Part shown: positions 38,824 through 49,958 of the stretch, in pieces
Position numbering within the stretch: the first letter of the stretch is position 1
Layout: the number at the start of each line of letters is the position of its first letter
From: a bacterium
Lineage (GTDB): Bacteria; Bacillota; Clostridia; Oscillospirales; Oscillospiraceae
Length of the DNA stretch: 64,000 nt
NCBI GenBank assembly: GCA_004560305.1
Contig: SFVI01000009.1
Coordinates: 4,026-68,025, forward strand
Direction: 5' to 3'
Translations under genes and position numbers: made by a program
The notes under the pieces: model-generated
What the model was told of the DNA's origin: nothing
Databases searched by the model: none
The model's input: the letters and a program-made list of their open reading frames with translations, nothing else

Positions 38824-39981
38824 TCAGCCCTTCATCTCCAGCAGCTTGCTCTTCAGCTCGCCTTCAATGCGGCCCAGCTCCTCCTCGGCCTGGGCGCGGC
38901 GGGCACGGCCGTCGTCCTGGATGCGGCGCACCTCGTCCAGCGTAGCGATCAACTCCAGGTTGGTCTTCTTCAAAGTCTCCATGTCCACAATGCCACGCTC
39001 CGCCTCCTGGGCCACGCTGACGCTGCCCTGGCGGAGGGTCTCGGCATTCTTCAGCAGCAGCTGGTTGGTCATGTCCGTTACCTGCCGCTGGGCCTTCATG
39101 GCCTGGTCAGAGTGGTACAGGCTCATGGCCATGACCATCTGGTTCTTCCACAGAGGGATGGTATTGACGATGGAGGAGCGGATCTTCTCCGCCATCAGCT
39201 GGTCGTTGTTCTGCACCATGCGGATCTGGGGTGCCATCTGGACGGAGATGGTGCGGGTCAGCTCCAGGTCGTGGATCTTCTTCTCGAAGCGGCCGATGAG
39301 ATTGGCAAAATCATTGGCGGCCTGTGCATCCTCAGGCAGATTGGTCTCCTTGGCGTGGGCAATCATCTTGGGCAGCTCCACCTCGCGCAGCTCCTCAATC
39401 TTCAGCTTGCCGGCCAGGATGTACATGGTCAGCTCCTTCATGTACTCCTGGTTGCGCTGATACATCTTGTCCATGAGGCTGATGTCCTTCATCAGGGTGA
39501 TCTCATGCTTCTCCAGGGATTCCACAATCTTATCCACGTTGACCTCGGCCTTATCGAAGGAGGCCTTCATCTCGGCCACGGACTGGCCCGCCTTCTTGAA
39601 CAGGCCAAGGAAGCCCTTCTTCTCCTGTGCGTCAAAGTTCAGGCCCTGCAGCTCCACCACCAGGTCGCCCAGCATATCACCCACCTCGCCCAGGTCCTTG
39701 GTGCGAACGGTGTTGAGGGCGGCATCGGAAAACTCGGAAATGTTCTTCTGGGCACCGCTGCCATAATTCATCACCTGCTCGGTATTGGTCACATCGATCT
39801 GCTCCGAGAAGGAACGGACAGCCTGCTGCTCGGCAGGGCTAAGCATATCCAGGGCCAGCTTCTCAGCAGGGGCCTGGGCCTTCTCATCCGCCGGGGCGGG
39901 GGCCTCCTCCACCGCAGCGGCAGCGGCGGCAGGCTGGGGGTCCAGGGTCAGGGAGGGAATGTAGCTCTTCTCTTCGTTCAT
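38824..39981 (-). CDS. telA: Toxic anion resistance protein TelA family
   Basis: 385-aa helical protein with TelA-like segments (VMNYGSGAQKNISEFSD, TKDLGEVGDMLGDLVVEL). Confidence 0.8.
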   Translation of the reverse strand: MNEEKSYIPSLTLDPQPAAAAAAVEEAPAPADEKAQAPAEKLALDMLSPAEQQAVRSFSEQIDVTNTEQVMNYGSGAQKNISEFSDAALNTVRTKDLGEVGDMLGDLVVELQGLNFDAQEKKGFLGLFKKAGQSVAEMKASFDKAEVNVDKIVESLEKHEITLMKDISLMDKMYQRNQEYMKELTMYILAGKLKIEELREVELPKMIAHAKETNLPEDAQAANDFANLIGRFEKKIHDLELTRTISVQMAPQIRMVQNNDQLMAEKIRSSIVNTIPLWKNQMVMAMSLYHSDQAMKAQRQVTDMTNQLLLKNAETLRQGSVSVAQEAERGIVDMETLKKTNLELIATLDEVRRIQDDGRARRAQAEEELGRIEGELKSKLLEMKG

Positions 39982-40014
39982 TTCGCTTCGTCCTTTCTTA
40001 TACGTCCGTATCGT

Positions 40015-40704
40015 TTACAGCTCAAAATCCTTGCCGCCGGAAAGCCCCTCTCTGGCCAGCATCTGGTTCATGACCTCGATATCCGTCTCGATATCCAGGG
40101 CCTGGTTTTCAAACAGGGAGTCCAGCCGCTTTTTATAGGCAACGATGGCCTGATCCAGCATCTCGTTGATGCTCTTCATGCTCTTATCCAGATTCTCCCC
40201 CTCGATGCCCTGGGCGCTCATGCGGTCATAGGCGTTGAGGAGCTTGATGGTAGTGGGCAGATAGTAGTTCATGAACTTCTTGATCTGGGGAATATCACTG
40301 GGGTCATGGATGGCGTCCTGGGTGATCTTATCGGTAATGCGCATCAGCTCATTGATCTTCTTGCGCACTTCCACGTCCTGCACGCTCATATAGATCCTGC
40401 CCATCTCGCTCAGCGCCCGGTTCCCCTCCTGCAGGATGGGATCGATCTCCGGGCCGTAGCTCTTCTGGGGGGCGGCAGTCTTTGGCTGGGCCGGCTGGGC
40501 TTCAGTGGCCGGCGCTTCCGCCTGCTTTTGTTCTTTCTTCGCCGCATGCTTCCCCATCAGGTAAGCGCAGAAGGAGGACAGGCCCAGGGTCAGCAGCAGC
40601 GCCCACAGCCGGTACATCGGCAAGAAGCAGGCGGCCACCAGCCATACCCCCGCAAAGGTATAGATGGGAGAAGTATGTCTCTTTTTTCTGTTATGCCTTG
40701 CCAA
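40015..40704 (-). CDS. xpaC: XpaC-like (5-bromo-4-chloroindolyl phosphate hydrolysis) protein
   Basis: Two N-terminal TM helices and the FMNYYLPTTIKLLNAYDRM region typical of XpaC; start set to TTG 40704, 6 nt after GGAGGA (the track start is GTG 40722). Confidence 0.75.
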   Translation of the reverse strand: MARHNRKKRHTSPIYTFAGVWLVAACFLPMYRLWALLLTLGLSSFCAYLMGKHAAKKEQKQAEAPATEAQPAQPKTAAPQKSYGPEIDPILQEGNRALSEMGRIYMSVQDVEVRKKINELMRITDKITQDAIHDPSDIPQIKKFMNYYLPTTIKLLNAYDRMSAQGIEGENLDKSMKSINEMLDQAIVAYKKRLDSLFENQALDIETDIEVMNQMLAREGLSGGKDFEL

Positions 40705-40737
40705 TTTGATTCCTCCATGCACAAATCATTTCATTGT

Positions 40738-40766
40738 ATTTTATCTCTATTTGCCGATTCCGTCAA
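40738..40766 (-). promoter_or_regulatory. Sigma-A-type promoter for the xpaC-telA operon
   Basis: TTGACG, 17 nt, TAAAAT on the minus strand. Confidence 0.55.
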
Positions 40767-40859
40767 GGGGATTCCGGGCTTCAGGCTGTGTTCATTCCTT
40801 ATCGTATTGTGTTTTATCTTCATGTTCTCTTGCGATCAGCACGGAGATGAAATGTCCTC

Positions 40860-40888
40860 TTGCAATGGCGACAAAGCTGTAGTATAAT
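40860..40888 (+). promoter_or_regulatory. Sigma-A-type promoter for rpe-recR
   Basis: TTGCAA, 17 nt, TATAAT. Confidence 0.6.
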
Positions 40889-40961
40889 AAATTGAATATC
40901 CAGATTCTCCCTGTTCGGGTGTGAAATTGGATGCAAGAACAGAGAAAAAGGAGCAGAAATC

Positions 40962-41612
40962 ATGGTTAAAATTGCGCCCTCGATCCTCTCGGCGGACTTT
41001 GCAAACTTGGGTCAAGAAGTGGCCGAGGTCAAGGTAGCCGGGGCGGAATGGCTGCATTTTGACGTGATGGACGGCAGCTTTGTGCCCAATATCTCGGTGG
41101 GGATCCCGGTGCTGAAATCCCTGCGGAAGGCCACGGATCTGTTTCTGGATGTGCATCTGATGATCGACCGGCCCATCCGCTATGCCCGGCAGTTCTGTGA
41201 GGCCGGGGCCGACCTGGTGAATTTCCATGTGGAGGCGGACACGGAGGAGAATATCAAGGCCGCCATCGCCCTGGTGAAGTCTCTGGGCAAAATGACCGGG
41301 GTAACCCTGAAGCCCAAGACCCCTGCGGAGGCCGTGATGCCCTTTATAAAGGATATTGACCTGGTGCTGGTGATGACGGTGGAACCCGGCTTCGGCGGAC
41401 AGCGGTTCATGACAGAGCAGCTGGATAAGCTCCGGGCGCTGCGGCAGATGATCGACAGCGAGGGTCTCTGCTGCCAGCTTGAGGTGGACGGCGGCATCGA
41501 CCCGGACACTGCCCCCCTGGTCAGGGAGGCCGGTGCCACAGTTCTGGTGGCCGGCAGCGCCGTTTTCGGCAAGGCGGACAGGGCAGCCGCCATCCAAGCC
41601 CTGAGAGAATAA
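40962..41612 (+). CDS. rpe: Ribulose-phosphate 3-epimerase
   Basis: HFDVMDGSFVPNIS and VMTVEPGFGGQ motifs. Confidence 0.95.
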   Translation: MVKIAPSILSADFANLGQEVAEVKVAGAEWLHFDVMDGSFVPNISVGIPVLKSLRKATDLFLDVHLMIDRPIRYARQFCEAGADLVNFHVEADTEENIKAAIALVKSLGKMTGVTLKPKTPAEAVMPFIKDIDLVLVMTVEPGFGGQRFMTEQLDKLRALRQMIDSEGLCCQLEVDGGIDPDTAPLVREAGATVLVAGSAVFGKADRAAAIQALRE

Positions 41613-41633
41613 GTTGAAATTAGGAGTTTGACC

Positions 41634-42233
41634 ATGTCCTTCTTCCCCGCGTCTTTGGAAAACCTGATCGATAAATTTGCCTCCCTGCCCGGCATCGGGC
41701 GCAAGAGCGCCCAGCGGCTGGCCTTCTATGTGCTGGGGCTGCCGGAAAGCGAGGCCAGGGACTTTGCCGCTGCCATTGTAGACGCCAAGAGCAGCGTGCA
41801 CTGCTGCAAGGTCTGCCAGAATCTGACAGAGGGAGAGCTGTGCTCCATCTGCGCCAGCGACCGGCGAGACAAGGGCACCATCTGCGTGGTGTCGGAGCCG
41901 CGGGATGTGCTGAGCATCGAGCGGGGGCATGAGTACAACGGCACCTATCACGTTCTGCACGGGGCCTTATCCCCCATGAGCCATGTGGGGCCGGACGATA
42001 TCAAGATCAAGGAGCTGCTGGTGCGGGCGGCGGAGGATCAGGTGGAGGAGGTCATCATGGCCACCAACCCGGACACTGAGGGCGAAGCCACCGCCATGTA
42101 CATCTCCCGGCTCTTAAAGCCCTTCAACATCAAGGTCACCCGTCTGGCCTACGGCATCCCGGTGGGCTCCAACCTGGAGTTTGCCGACGACGCCACACTG
42201 AACCGGGCCCTGGAAGGGCGCACGGAAATGTAA
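41634..42233 (+). CDS. recR: Recombination protein RecR
   Basis: LPGIGRKSAQRLAF helix-hairpin-helix, C4 zinc finger CKVCQNLTEGELCSIC, Toprim; ATG 41634, 7 nt after AGGAG. Confidence 0.93.
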   Translation: MSFFPASLENLIDKFASLPGIGRKSAQRLAFYVLGLPESEARDFAAAIVDAKSSVHCCKVCQNLTEGELCSICASDRRDKGTICVVSEPRDVLSIERGHEYNGTYHVLHGALSPMSHVGPDDIKIKELLVRAAEDQVEEVIMATNPDTEGEATAMYISRLLKPFNIKVTRLAYGIPVGSNLEFADDATLNRALEGRTEM

Positions 42234-42320
42234 GGCAGCCCGGTATAATACGCCCCGGAAGCCGGTTATACTTCCAGGGCAATACATAATCTGATATGAA
42301 AACAAGATTGGAGAAGATAT

Positions 42321-43979
<1,659 letters not shown>

Positions 43980-43983
43980 GGCC

Positions 43984-44316
43984 GTGAACATCCAGATATT
44001 CGGCAAGGCCAAGTGCTTTGACAGCAAGAAGGCCGAGCGCTATTTCAAGGAGCGGCGGATCAAGTATCAGTTTGTGGATATTCTCCGCTTCGGCATGAGC
44101 CGGGGAGAGCTGAACGCCGTGAAAAACGCCGTGGGCCTGGAGGCTATGGTGGACACCGGGGATCAGGACTATCCCCTGTTCCAGCATCTGGCCGGCAACG
44201 AGGCCAAACTGGAGAAGCTGTATGAAGTGCCCTATCTGATCAAGACCCCCATTGTGCGCAACGGGAAGCAGGCCACCGTGGGCTACTGCCCGGAGGTCTG
44301 GAAGACCTGGGAATAA
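43984..44316 (+). CDS. ArsC/Spx-family (YffB-like) protein
   Basis: IQIFGKAKCFDSKKAERYFKERRIKYQFVDI thioredoxin-like N-terminus; GTG start 9 nt after GAGGTG. Confidence 0.75.
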   Translation: MNIQIFGKAKCFDSKKAERYFKERRIKYQFVDILRFGMSRGELNAVKNAVGLEAMVDTGDQDYPLFQHLAGNEAKLEKLYEVPYLIKTPIVRNGKQATVGYCPEVWKTWE

Positions 44317-44325
44317 AGAATTCAA

Positions 44326-44371
44326 CGCCCCTGAGGCTGACTTCAGTCAGTCTCAGGGGCGTTTGGTTTTT
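44326..44371 (+). terminator. Intrinsic terminator after the ArsC-family gene
   Basis: Long hairpin cgcccctgag(g)ctgac ... gtcag(t)ctcaggggcg followed by TTTGGTTTTT. Confidence 0.8.
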
Positions 44372-44437
44372 GCGGACGAGCAATGCTCGCCGCGTCAAAA
44401 GAAGGTCGCTGCTTTTCGCGGACGAGCGATGCTCGCC
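44372..44437 (+). repeat. Two direct copies of a 20-nt palindrome-containing repeat (46-nt period)
   Basis: gcggacgagcaatgctcgcc (44372-44391) and gcggacgagcgatgctcgcc (44418-44437); 19/20 identical. Confidence 0.7.
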
Positions 44438-44467
44438 CCTACGGTGCTGACAAAGTGCGGTAGTAGG

Positions 44468-44510
44468 ACGAACCTCTCAGGCGCTCCAGCTCCTCTTGGG
44501 AAGGGGAGCC
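44468..44510 (-). repeat. Two-hairpin intergenic repeat module, copy C (shortened)
   Basis: Minus strand ggctcccct-tccca-agaggagc tgg agcgc ctgagaggttcgt: the same 8-bp stem with 5-nt loop and the same tail as copies A and B. Confidence 0.6.
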
Positions 44511-44520
44511 TAGGGGGTGC

Positions 44521-45342
44521 CTAGTAGGTGTCCCTGGCTTTCAGATCCCGGATCACAATATTGAAGGCGGCGCCGGAAAGGATGACGGTACAGACGGTGT
44601 AAAGCCAAAGCATCAGGAGAATGACGGAGGCCAGGGAGCCGTAGACCAGAGGATATTTCACCGAGGCGCTGATGAACACGGAAAAGACGATGCTGACCAC
44701 CACCATGGCAGCGGTGCTGAGCAGGGCGCCGGGCCAGGTATGGTAACTGTCCCAGCTGCGCTTGCTGGCCTCATACATGGCCCAGACGATCACATAGTCG
44801 ATGCCGGCCAGGGCCAGGAAGCGGACATAGCCCCAGGACTGGCTGATATCCACAAAGGGCAGAACCTGGTTCAAGCGCTCAATGACGCTGCGGCCGGTGA
44901 GCATGACCAGGATGGCAAAATACAGCGCCGCCACAAACAGCAGGGAAAACACCAGGCTGAACAAAAAGCCCAGGGCTCCCTGGAAACGCTGGCCGCCCTG
45001 CAAATCGCCGATGGTCTCCTGCAGGGAGCGGACGGCGGCGGAGGCAGAGGTCAACAGGACGACGATGCTGGCCGCCATCATGGCGGTGCTGTTATTGGCA
45101 GAGACGTAATACAGAAAATCCTCCAGAAAGCTGACGGTCTCCGCCGCCATGATGCTGCCGGCAAAGCCCAGCACCCGCATGGCCTTGTCATAGCTGTTGC
45201 CCAGAAGGGTATACAGGCAGATGACCAGAGGGAAAAAGGTCATGGTCAGGTAATAGGAGAGAGCCGCCGAAGCCCTCTGCAGCCGGCGGCGGGTATAGAT
45301 CCTTGAGAAGCAGCGCACAAAACGCCGGAACTTGACAAACAT
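44521..45342 (-). CDS. YihY/BrkB-family membrane protein
   Basis: Start MFVKFRRF (ATG 45342); RASAALSYYLTMTFFPLVICL signature and 6 TM helices. The track ORF to 45747 is a spurious extension across the ftsZ terminator. Confidence 0.8.
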   Translation of the reverse strand: MFVKFRRFVRCFSRIYTRRRLQRASAALSYYLTMTFFPLVICLYTLLGNSYDKAMRVLGFAGSIMAAETVSFLEDFLYYVSANNSTAMMAASIVVLLTSASAAVRSLQETIGDLQGGQRFQGALGFLFSLVFSLLFVAALYFAILVMLTGRSVIERLNQVLPFVDISQSWGYVRFLALAGIDYVIVWAMYEASKRSWDSYHTWPGALLSTAAMVVVSIVFSVFISASVKYPLVYGSLASVILLMLWLYTVCTVILSGAAFNIVIRDLKARDTY

Positions 45343-45361
45343 AGCATCGCTCCAAACCAAG

Positions 45362-45390
45362 CAGCCCGCCTTCCCAGAAAAGGCGGGCTG
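45362..45390 (-). terminator. Intrinsic terminator after ftsZ
   Basis: 9-bp stem cagcccgcc/ggcgggctg; minus strand followed by CTTGGTTTGG. Confidence 0.55.
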
Positions 45391-45415
45391 TTGACTTTTT
45401 ATCAGCAGTATATGC

Positions 45416-46570
45416 TTATTTGGTGTTGAATATTTTGAAGATGCTGTCGAAGGGGTCCTCCTCCGCGGCGGGAGCGGCAGGCTCCGCAGCAGGAGCGGCA
45501 GGGGCAACAGGCGCGGCGGCAGCGGCCTTCTCGGCAGCGCCGGTGAACAGGCCCTGGGCCCGGGGCGCAGCCTGGGCGGCAGCAGCGGCAGGGGCAGCCT
45601 GGGCGGCAGCGCCACCCTCTTCAAAGCCGGTGGCAATGACGGTGACCCGAATCTCGTCATCCAGGCTGTCATCAAAGGTGGCACCGAAGATGATGTTGGC
45701 ATCGGGATGGGCAGCCTCCTGCACCAGGCTGGCAGCGGTCTCCACATCCTCCAGGTCCATATCTTCAGAGCCGGTGATGTTGATGAGCACGCCGTGGGCG
45801 CCGTTGATGGAGGTCTCCATCAGGGGGCTGGCAACGGCCATGCGGGCGGCCTCCTCGGCCTTGCCCTTGCCGGCAGCGTGGCCCACGCCCATGTGGGCGA
45901 AGCCGGCGTTGCGCATGATGCAGTTCACATCCGCAAAGTCCAGGTTGATGAAGCCGGTGTTCTTGATCAGGTTGGAGATGCTGGTAACAGCCTGCAGCAG
46001 CACGTCATCGGCGATCTCAAAAGCGTTGGCCAGGGTGACCTTCTGGTCGGTGGCAAACTTCAGGCGGTCATTGGGGATGATGAGCAGAGAATCCACCCGG
46101 CCCAGCAGCTCCTTAATGCCGGCATTGGCCTGGTCCATGCGGCGCTTGCCCTCAAACTTGAAGGGCTTGGTCACCACGCCCACGGTGAGCAGGCCGGCGT
46201 CCTTGGCAATCTCTGCCACCACGGGGGCCGCGCCGGTGCCGGTGCCGCCGCCCATGCCGGCGGTGATGAACACCATATCCGCATCCTCCACAGCCTTGGC
46301 AATGTTGTTGCGGCTCTCCTCCGCGGAGCGCTTGCCGATCTCCGGATCGGAGCCGGCGCCCTGACCGCGGGTCATCTTCTCGCCGATCTGCAGCTTCTGG
46401 TCGGCATTGGACACCGCCAGCGCCTGTCTGTCTGTATTGATGGCCACAAACTCCACACCCTGGGTGCCGGCCTTGACCATTCTGTTAACAACGTTGTTGC
46501 CGGCGCCGCCGACACCAACGACCTTTATCGTAACCACATTTTCGGGACCTGCTTCAGCTTTGAAATCCAT
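45416..46570 (-). CDS. ftsZ: Cell division protein FtsZ
   Basis: [13 protein letters not shown] and [12 protein letters not shown] tubulin signature, Ala/Pro-rich linker, C-terminal [10 protein letters not shown] peptide; start MDFKAE (ATG 46570), 6 nt after AGGAGGA. Confidence 0.97.
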   Translation of the reverse strand: MDFKAEAGPENVVTIKVVGVGGAGNNVVNRMVKAGTQGVEFVAINTDRQALAVSNADQKLQIGEKMTRGQGAGSDPEIGKRSAEESRNNIAKAVEDADMVFITAGMGGGTGTGAAPVVAEIAKDAGLLTVGVVTKPFKFEGKRRMDQANAGIKELLGRVDSLLIIPNDRLKFATDQKVTLANAFEIADDVLLQAVTSISNLIKNTGFINLDFADVNCIMRNAGFAHMGVGHAAGKGKAEEAARMAVASPLMETSINGAHGVLINITGSEDMDLEDVETAASLVQEAAHPDANIIFGATFDDSLDDEIRVTVIATGFEEGGAAAQAAPAAAAAQAAPRAQGLFTGAAEKAAAAAPVAPAAPAAEPAAPAAEEDPFDSIFKIFNTK

Positions 46571-46637
46571 TCTTCTGTCCTCCTGTATATTCTGCGTCAC
46601 ATAAAATGCGAAAAATTTCTCTGTGAATCATGCTCGT

Positions 46638-46666
46638 ATTTTATTACATTTTCTTGCAACAGTCAA
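46638..46666 (-). promoter_or_regulatory. Candidate sigma-A promoter in the AT-rich ftsQ-ftsZ spacer
   Basis: TTGACT, 17 nt, TAAAAT on the minus strand. Confidence 0.5.
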
Positions 46667-46718
46667 GCTATATTTTCATTTTTCAGAAAACTTTTGTAAA
46701 TAAAATGTAATCTATCCA

Positions 46719-47498
46719 TCACTCCGGGCGAAAACGGGCCGTCATCCCGTCAGAAACGTCGATCTCGCCCACGTCCCCAGCCAACAATTGTGACATGACG
46801 GAGACCAGCATACCGAACTTATACTCCGTCTTGCCGGGGCCGCCCAGCTTGACCATATATTTGTCCCCATAGCTGAAGCTCACATGGTTCTTATCGGAAA
46901 AATCGATGCTGTCCACCTGGGTATAAAGGCCGCGGCCCTCCAGCTGATAGAGCACCTCCGCCAGATATTCCACCAGCTCAGCGTCCCCATCCTTGGTCTG
47001 CAGCGGCTCACCGATCAGCAGCGTGCCGGGGTTCACGCCCTCCACGGCGATGAGACCGGAAAGTTCCTCCTCGGTGGCCTTGCCCAGCACCTTGCAGCTG
47101 TGGTCAATGGTCCACAGCTCGTCCCCCAGCACCAGATAGGCCAGGGCCTGGCTCTCCGTCACGGTTATTATTACCTTATTTGGCAAACTTCTTTCAACGG
47201 AGACCTCTTCAACATAAGGCAGCTTTGCGAAAACACGGCTCAGAGCGGCAAAGCGGTCAAAGAAGAACAGGTTGTCCCCTTCCTCAATGTCAATGGCCCG
47301 GATGATCTCCTCATCGGTATAGTGACTGTTCCCTTCCACCTGGATATTGGTGATACGGAAGAAAACGCTCATCACGAATATGGTAGCCACAACTACCAAA
47401 AAGAACATTATGGGACCGCTGAAGCTGCTGAGGTACTGGGAGATGGTCATACGCTCCGGGCTGTCAGCGGTCTTTCTCTTGTGTATTCTTCTTGCCAT
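46719..47498 (-). CDS. ftsQ: Cell division protein FtsQ/DivIB (POTRA)
   Basis: Single TM segment followed by the POTRA-like ITNIQVEGNSHYTDEEI region; position between the mur genes and ftsZ. Confidence 0.8.
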   Translation of the reverse strand: MARRIHKRKTADSPERMTISQYLSSFSGPIMFFLVVVATIFVMSVFFRITNIQVEGNSHYTDEEIIRAIDIEEGDNLFFFDRFAALSRVFAKLPYVEEVSVERSLPNKVIITVTESQALAYLVLGDELWTIDHSCKVLGKATEEELSGLIAVEGVNPGTLLIGEPLQTKDGDAELVEYLAEVLYQLEGRGLYTQVDSIDFSDKNHVSFSYGDKYMVKLGGPGKTEYKFGMLVSVMSQLLAGDVGEIDVSDGMTARFRPE

Positions 47499-47510
47499 TG
47501 GCCTATCCTT

Positions 47511-48764
47511 TCAGCATTCCAAGTAAATATCCGCGCCCAGGGAGCGCAGGCGCATATCAAAGCGTTCATAGCCCCGGGTGATATGGCCGTCGTCAAAGAC
47601 GGTGCTCTCCCCCCGGGCGGCCAGCGCCGCCACGAGCATGGCAGCACCGCCCCGCAGGTCGGTGGCGGTGAGGGCGCTGCCGTGGAGGCAATCCACACCC
47701 CAGATTTCCGCCCGCCGGCCGGAGACGGCGATATCCGCCCCCAGGCGCTGCAGCTCCGGCACCTGCCGGTAGCGGTTTTCAAAAATGTTCTCGGTGATCA
47801 CGGTGCGGCCCTCGGCCTTCAGAAGCGCCGCCATCAGCACAGGCTGCGCGTCGGTGGGAAAGCCGGGGTAAGGCTCGGTGGAGACCTCCCCCACGGCGCT
47901 GAGCTTGCCGGGCGCCCTTACCCGCACACTGCGCTTGGAGTTCATTATATCACAGCCCGCCAGTTTTAGGAAGTGGAGAACTGTAGAAAAATGGCTGGGG
48001 TCCACGCCCCGCATTTCAACATTTCCGCCAGTGGCGGCAGCGGCGCAGGCGATGGTGGAGGCCACGATCCGATCCGGGATGATGCGGTGGCTCACGGCCT
48101 TTTCCGGTTTAAAGGTGCCGATGCAGATGGTGCCGCTGCCGGCGCCGGTGACATTGAGGCCCATGGCCCGCAGGTATTCCTGCAGGGCAATGATCTCCGG
48201 CTCCCGGGCGGCGCCGCGGATGACGGTGTCCCCCTTCGCCCGTGCGGCGGCCAGCATGATGTTCTCCGTGGCTCCCACGCTGGGGAAGGGCAGGGTGATA
48301 TCCGCCCCATGAAGCTCCTGGGCCTGACAGTTGATCTCCCCGCCGGCTTCATCAATCTCCGCCCCCAGCTGGCGCAGGGCGGCCAGGTGCAGGTCAATGG
48401 GCCGCTTGCCCAGCTGGCAGCCGCCGGGCAGGCTGAGTCTGGCGCTGCCGCAGCGGGCGATCAGTGCCCCCATGAAGATGACGGAGGAGCGCATCTCCAC
48501 CATCAGGGAATGGGGTATGGCGCTGCGGCAAAGGCCGGCGGAATCTATGTAAACATCGCTGCCCCACTGCTCGGCGGTGCAGCCCAGGTGGCGCAGGATG
48601 CGCAGGGCCGCGTCCACATCCCGGAGCTGGGGCACGTTCAGCAGCTCCGACCGGGCAGGGCTGATGATGGAGGCGGCGATAATAGGCAGGGACGCATTCT
48701 TCGAGCCCTGCACAAAACAGGCCCCTTCCAGCCGGTTTCCACCTCTCAGGTGCCATATGTCCAT
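47511..48764 (-). CDS. murA: UDP-N-acetylglucosamine 1-carboxyvinyltransferase
   Basis: LRGGNRLEGACFVQGSKNASLPIIAA N-terminus and active-site LPGGCQLGKRPIDLHL; start MDIWHL (ATG 48764). Confidence 0.92.
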   Translation of the reverse strand: MDIWHLRGGNRLEGACFVQGSKNASLPIIAASIISPARSELLNVPQLRDVDAALRILRHLGCTAEQWGSDVYIDSAGLCRSAIPHSLMVEMRSSVIFMGALIARCGSARLSLPGGCQLGKRPIDLHLAALRQLGAEIDEAGGEINCQAQELHGADITLPFPSVGATENIMLAAARAKGDTVIRGAAREPEIIALQEYLRAMGLNVTGAGSGTICIGTFKPEKAVSHRIIPDRIVASTIACAAAATGGNVEMRGVDPSHFSTVLHFLKLAGCDIMNSKRSVRVRAPGKLSAVGEVSTEPYPGFPTDAQPVLMAALLKAEGRTVITENIFENRYRQVPELQRLGADIAVSGRRAEIWGVDCLHGSALTATDLRGGAAMLVAALAARGESTVFDDGHITRGYERFDMRLRSLGADIYLEC

Positions 48765-48820
48765 GAAAAACCCCCCGTGCATTCAAATCAGACCATTCTA
48801 TGCACGGAGGGATTTCCTTG

Positions 48821-49942
48821 TTACTGATTGGCGATATCCAGAATGATGCCGCAGATTTTATCGGTGGCGTCCGGCACGGCCAGGGCGCCCATGGCGGCAG
48901 ACATGGAGGAGAGCTTTTCCTCATCCGCCAGCAGCTCCTGCACCAGAGCCAACAGAGAGCCGGCATCAAACTCCCCTTCCAGCAGCACCCTGGCGCCGCC
49001 GGCCTTTTCCAGCACCCGGGCATTGCGTTCCTGGTGGTGATTGGTCACGTTGGGCGAGGGCACCATGATGACGGGCTTGCCCATATAGGTCAGCTCCGAT
49101 ATGGTGGAGGCGCCGGCCCGGCACAGCACCAGGTCCGCCGCGGCCATGACCCGGGGCATATCAAAAATATACTCCCGCAGGTCCACTTTCCGCGTGGAAA
49201 GATCCGGGGCTGTCTCCGCCAGCTTTTCGCACACGCCGGGGTAGTACATCTTCCCTGCGCCATGAAGCAGATGAAAGTCCTGGTTCCCTTCCAGCAGGGG
49301 GATCAGCTCTGTCATAACGCCGTTCATATGGCCCGCGCCAAGAGAGCCCCACACGGAGACCACCAGCTTCTCATCCTGGGCCAGACCCAGCTCCCGCTTG
49401 GCCTGGGCCTTGGTATAGGCCGCGAACTGGCCCCGCACCGGGGTGCCGGTGACGATAACCTTATCCGGCTGGGGGTAATACTGGCGGCTCTCCTCAAAGC
49501 CCACCATGATGCGGTCCACCAGCTTGGCCAGCATCTTGGTGGTCAGGCCGGGGACGGCGTTGCTCTCATGGACGGCGGTGGGGATGTGGAGCTGGGAGGC
49601 GGCCTTCAGCACCGGGTAGCACACATAGCCGCCGGTGCCGATGACGGCGTCCGGCTGAAAGTCACGGATAATGGCCTTGGCCTGCCGGTGGGAGACAGCC
49701 ACGTTTTTCAATGTTGCAATATTGTGCGTCAGTGCCTTAAAGTTCTTGCCCCGGCTCAGGTTGGTGATTTTCAGGGGCTTGATGGCATAGCCCTCCCGGG
49801 GCACCAGGTCCATCTCCATTTTTCCCTCGGCGCCCAGGAAGAGAAACTCGCTGTCCGGCAGCAGCTCCTTCAGCCGCCCGGCCACAGCCAGGGCAGGATT
49901 GATATGGCCGGCAGTACCGCCGCAAGTGAAGATAAATTTCAT
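48821..49942 (-). CDS. murG: UDP-N-acetylglucosamine--N-acetylmuramyl-(pentapeptide) pyrophosphoryl-undecaprenol GlcNAc transferase
   Basis: MKFIFTCGGTAGHINPALAV N-terminus; start trimmed to 49942. Confidence 0.93.
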   Translation of the reverse strand: MKFIFTCGGTAGHINPALAVAGRLKELLPDSEFLFLGAEGKMEMDLVPREGYAIKPLKITNLSRGKNFKALTHNIATLKNVAVSHRQAKAIIRDFQPDAVIGTGGYVCYPVLKAASQLHIPTAVHESNAVPGLTTKMLAKLVDRIMVGFEESRQYYPQPDKVIVTGTPVRGQFAAYTKAQAKRELGLAQDEKLVVSVWGSLGAGHMNGVMTELIPLLEGNQDFHLLHGAGKMYYPGVCEKLAETAPDLSTRKVDLREYIFDMPRVMAAADLVLCRAGASTISELTYMGKPVIMVPSPNVTNHHQERNARVLEKAGGARVLLEGEFDAGSLLALVQELLADEEKLSSMSAAMGALAVPDATDKICGIILDIANQ

Positions 49943-49958
49943 TGGGAACGTCCTTTCT

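Noticed and set aside
44521-45747. 408-aa ORF extending the YihY-family gene upstream across the ftsZ 3' end
   Set aside because: The extension is a Pro/Leu/Arg-rich alternative frame of the Ala/Pro-rich FtsZ linker, and it crosses the ftsZ terminator hairpin (45362-45390). The YihY-like sequence begins at MFVKF (45342).
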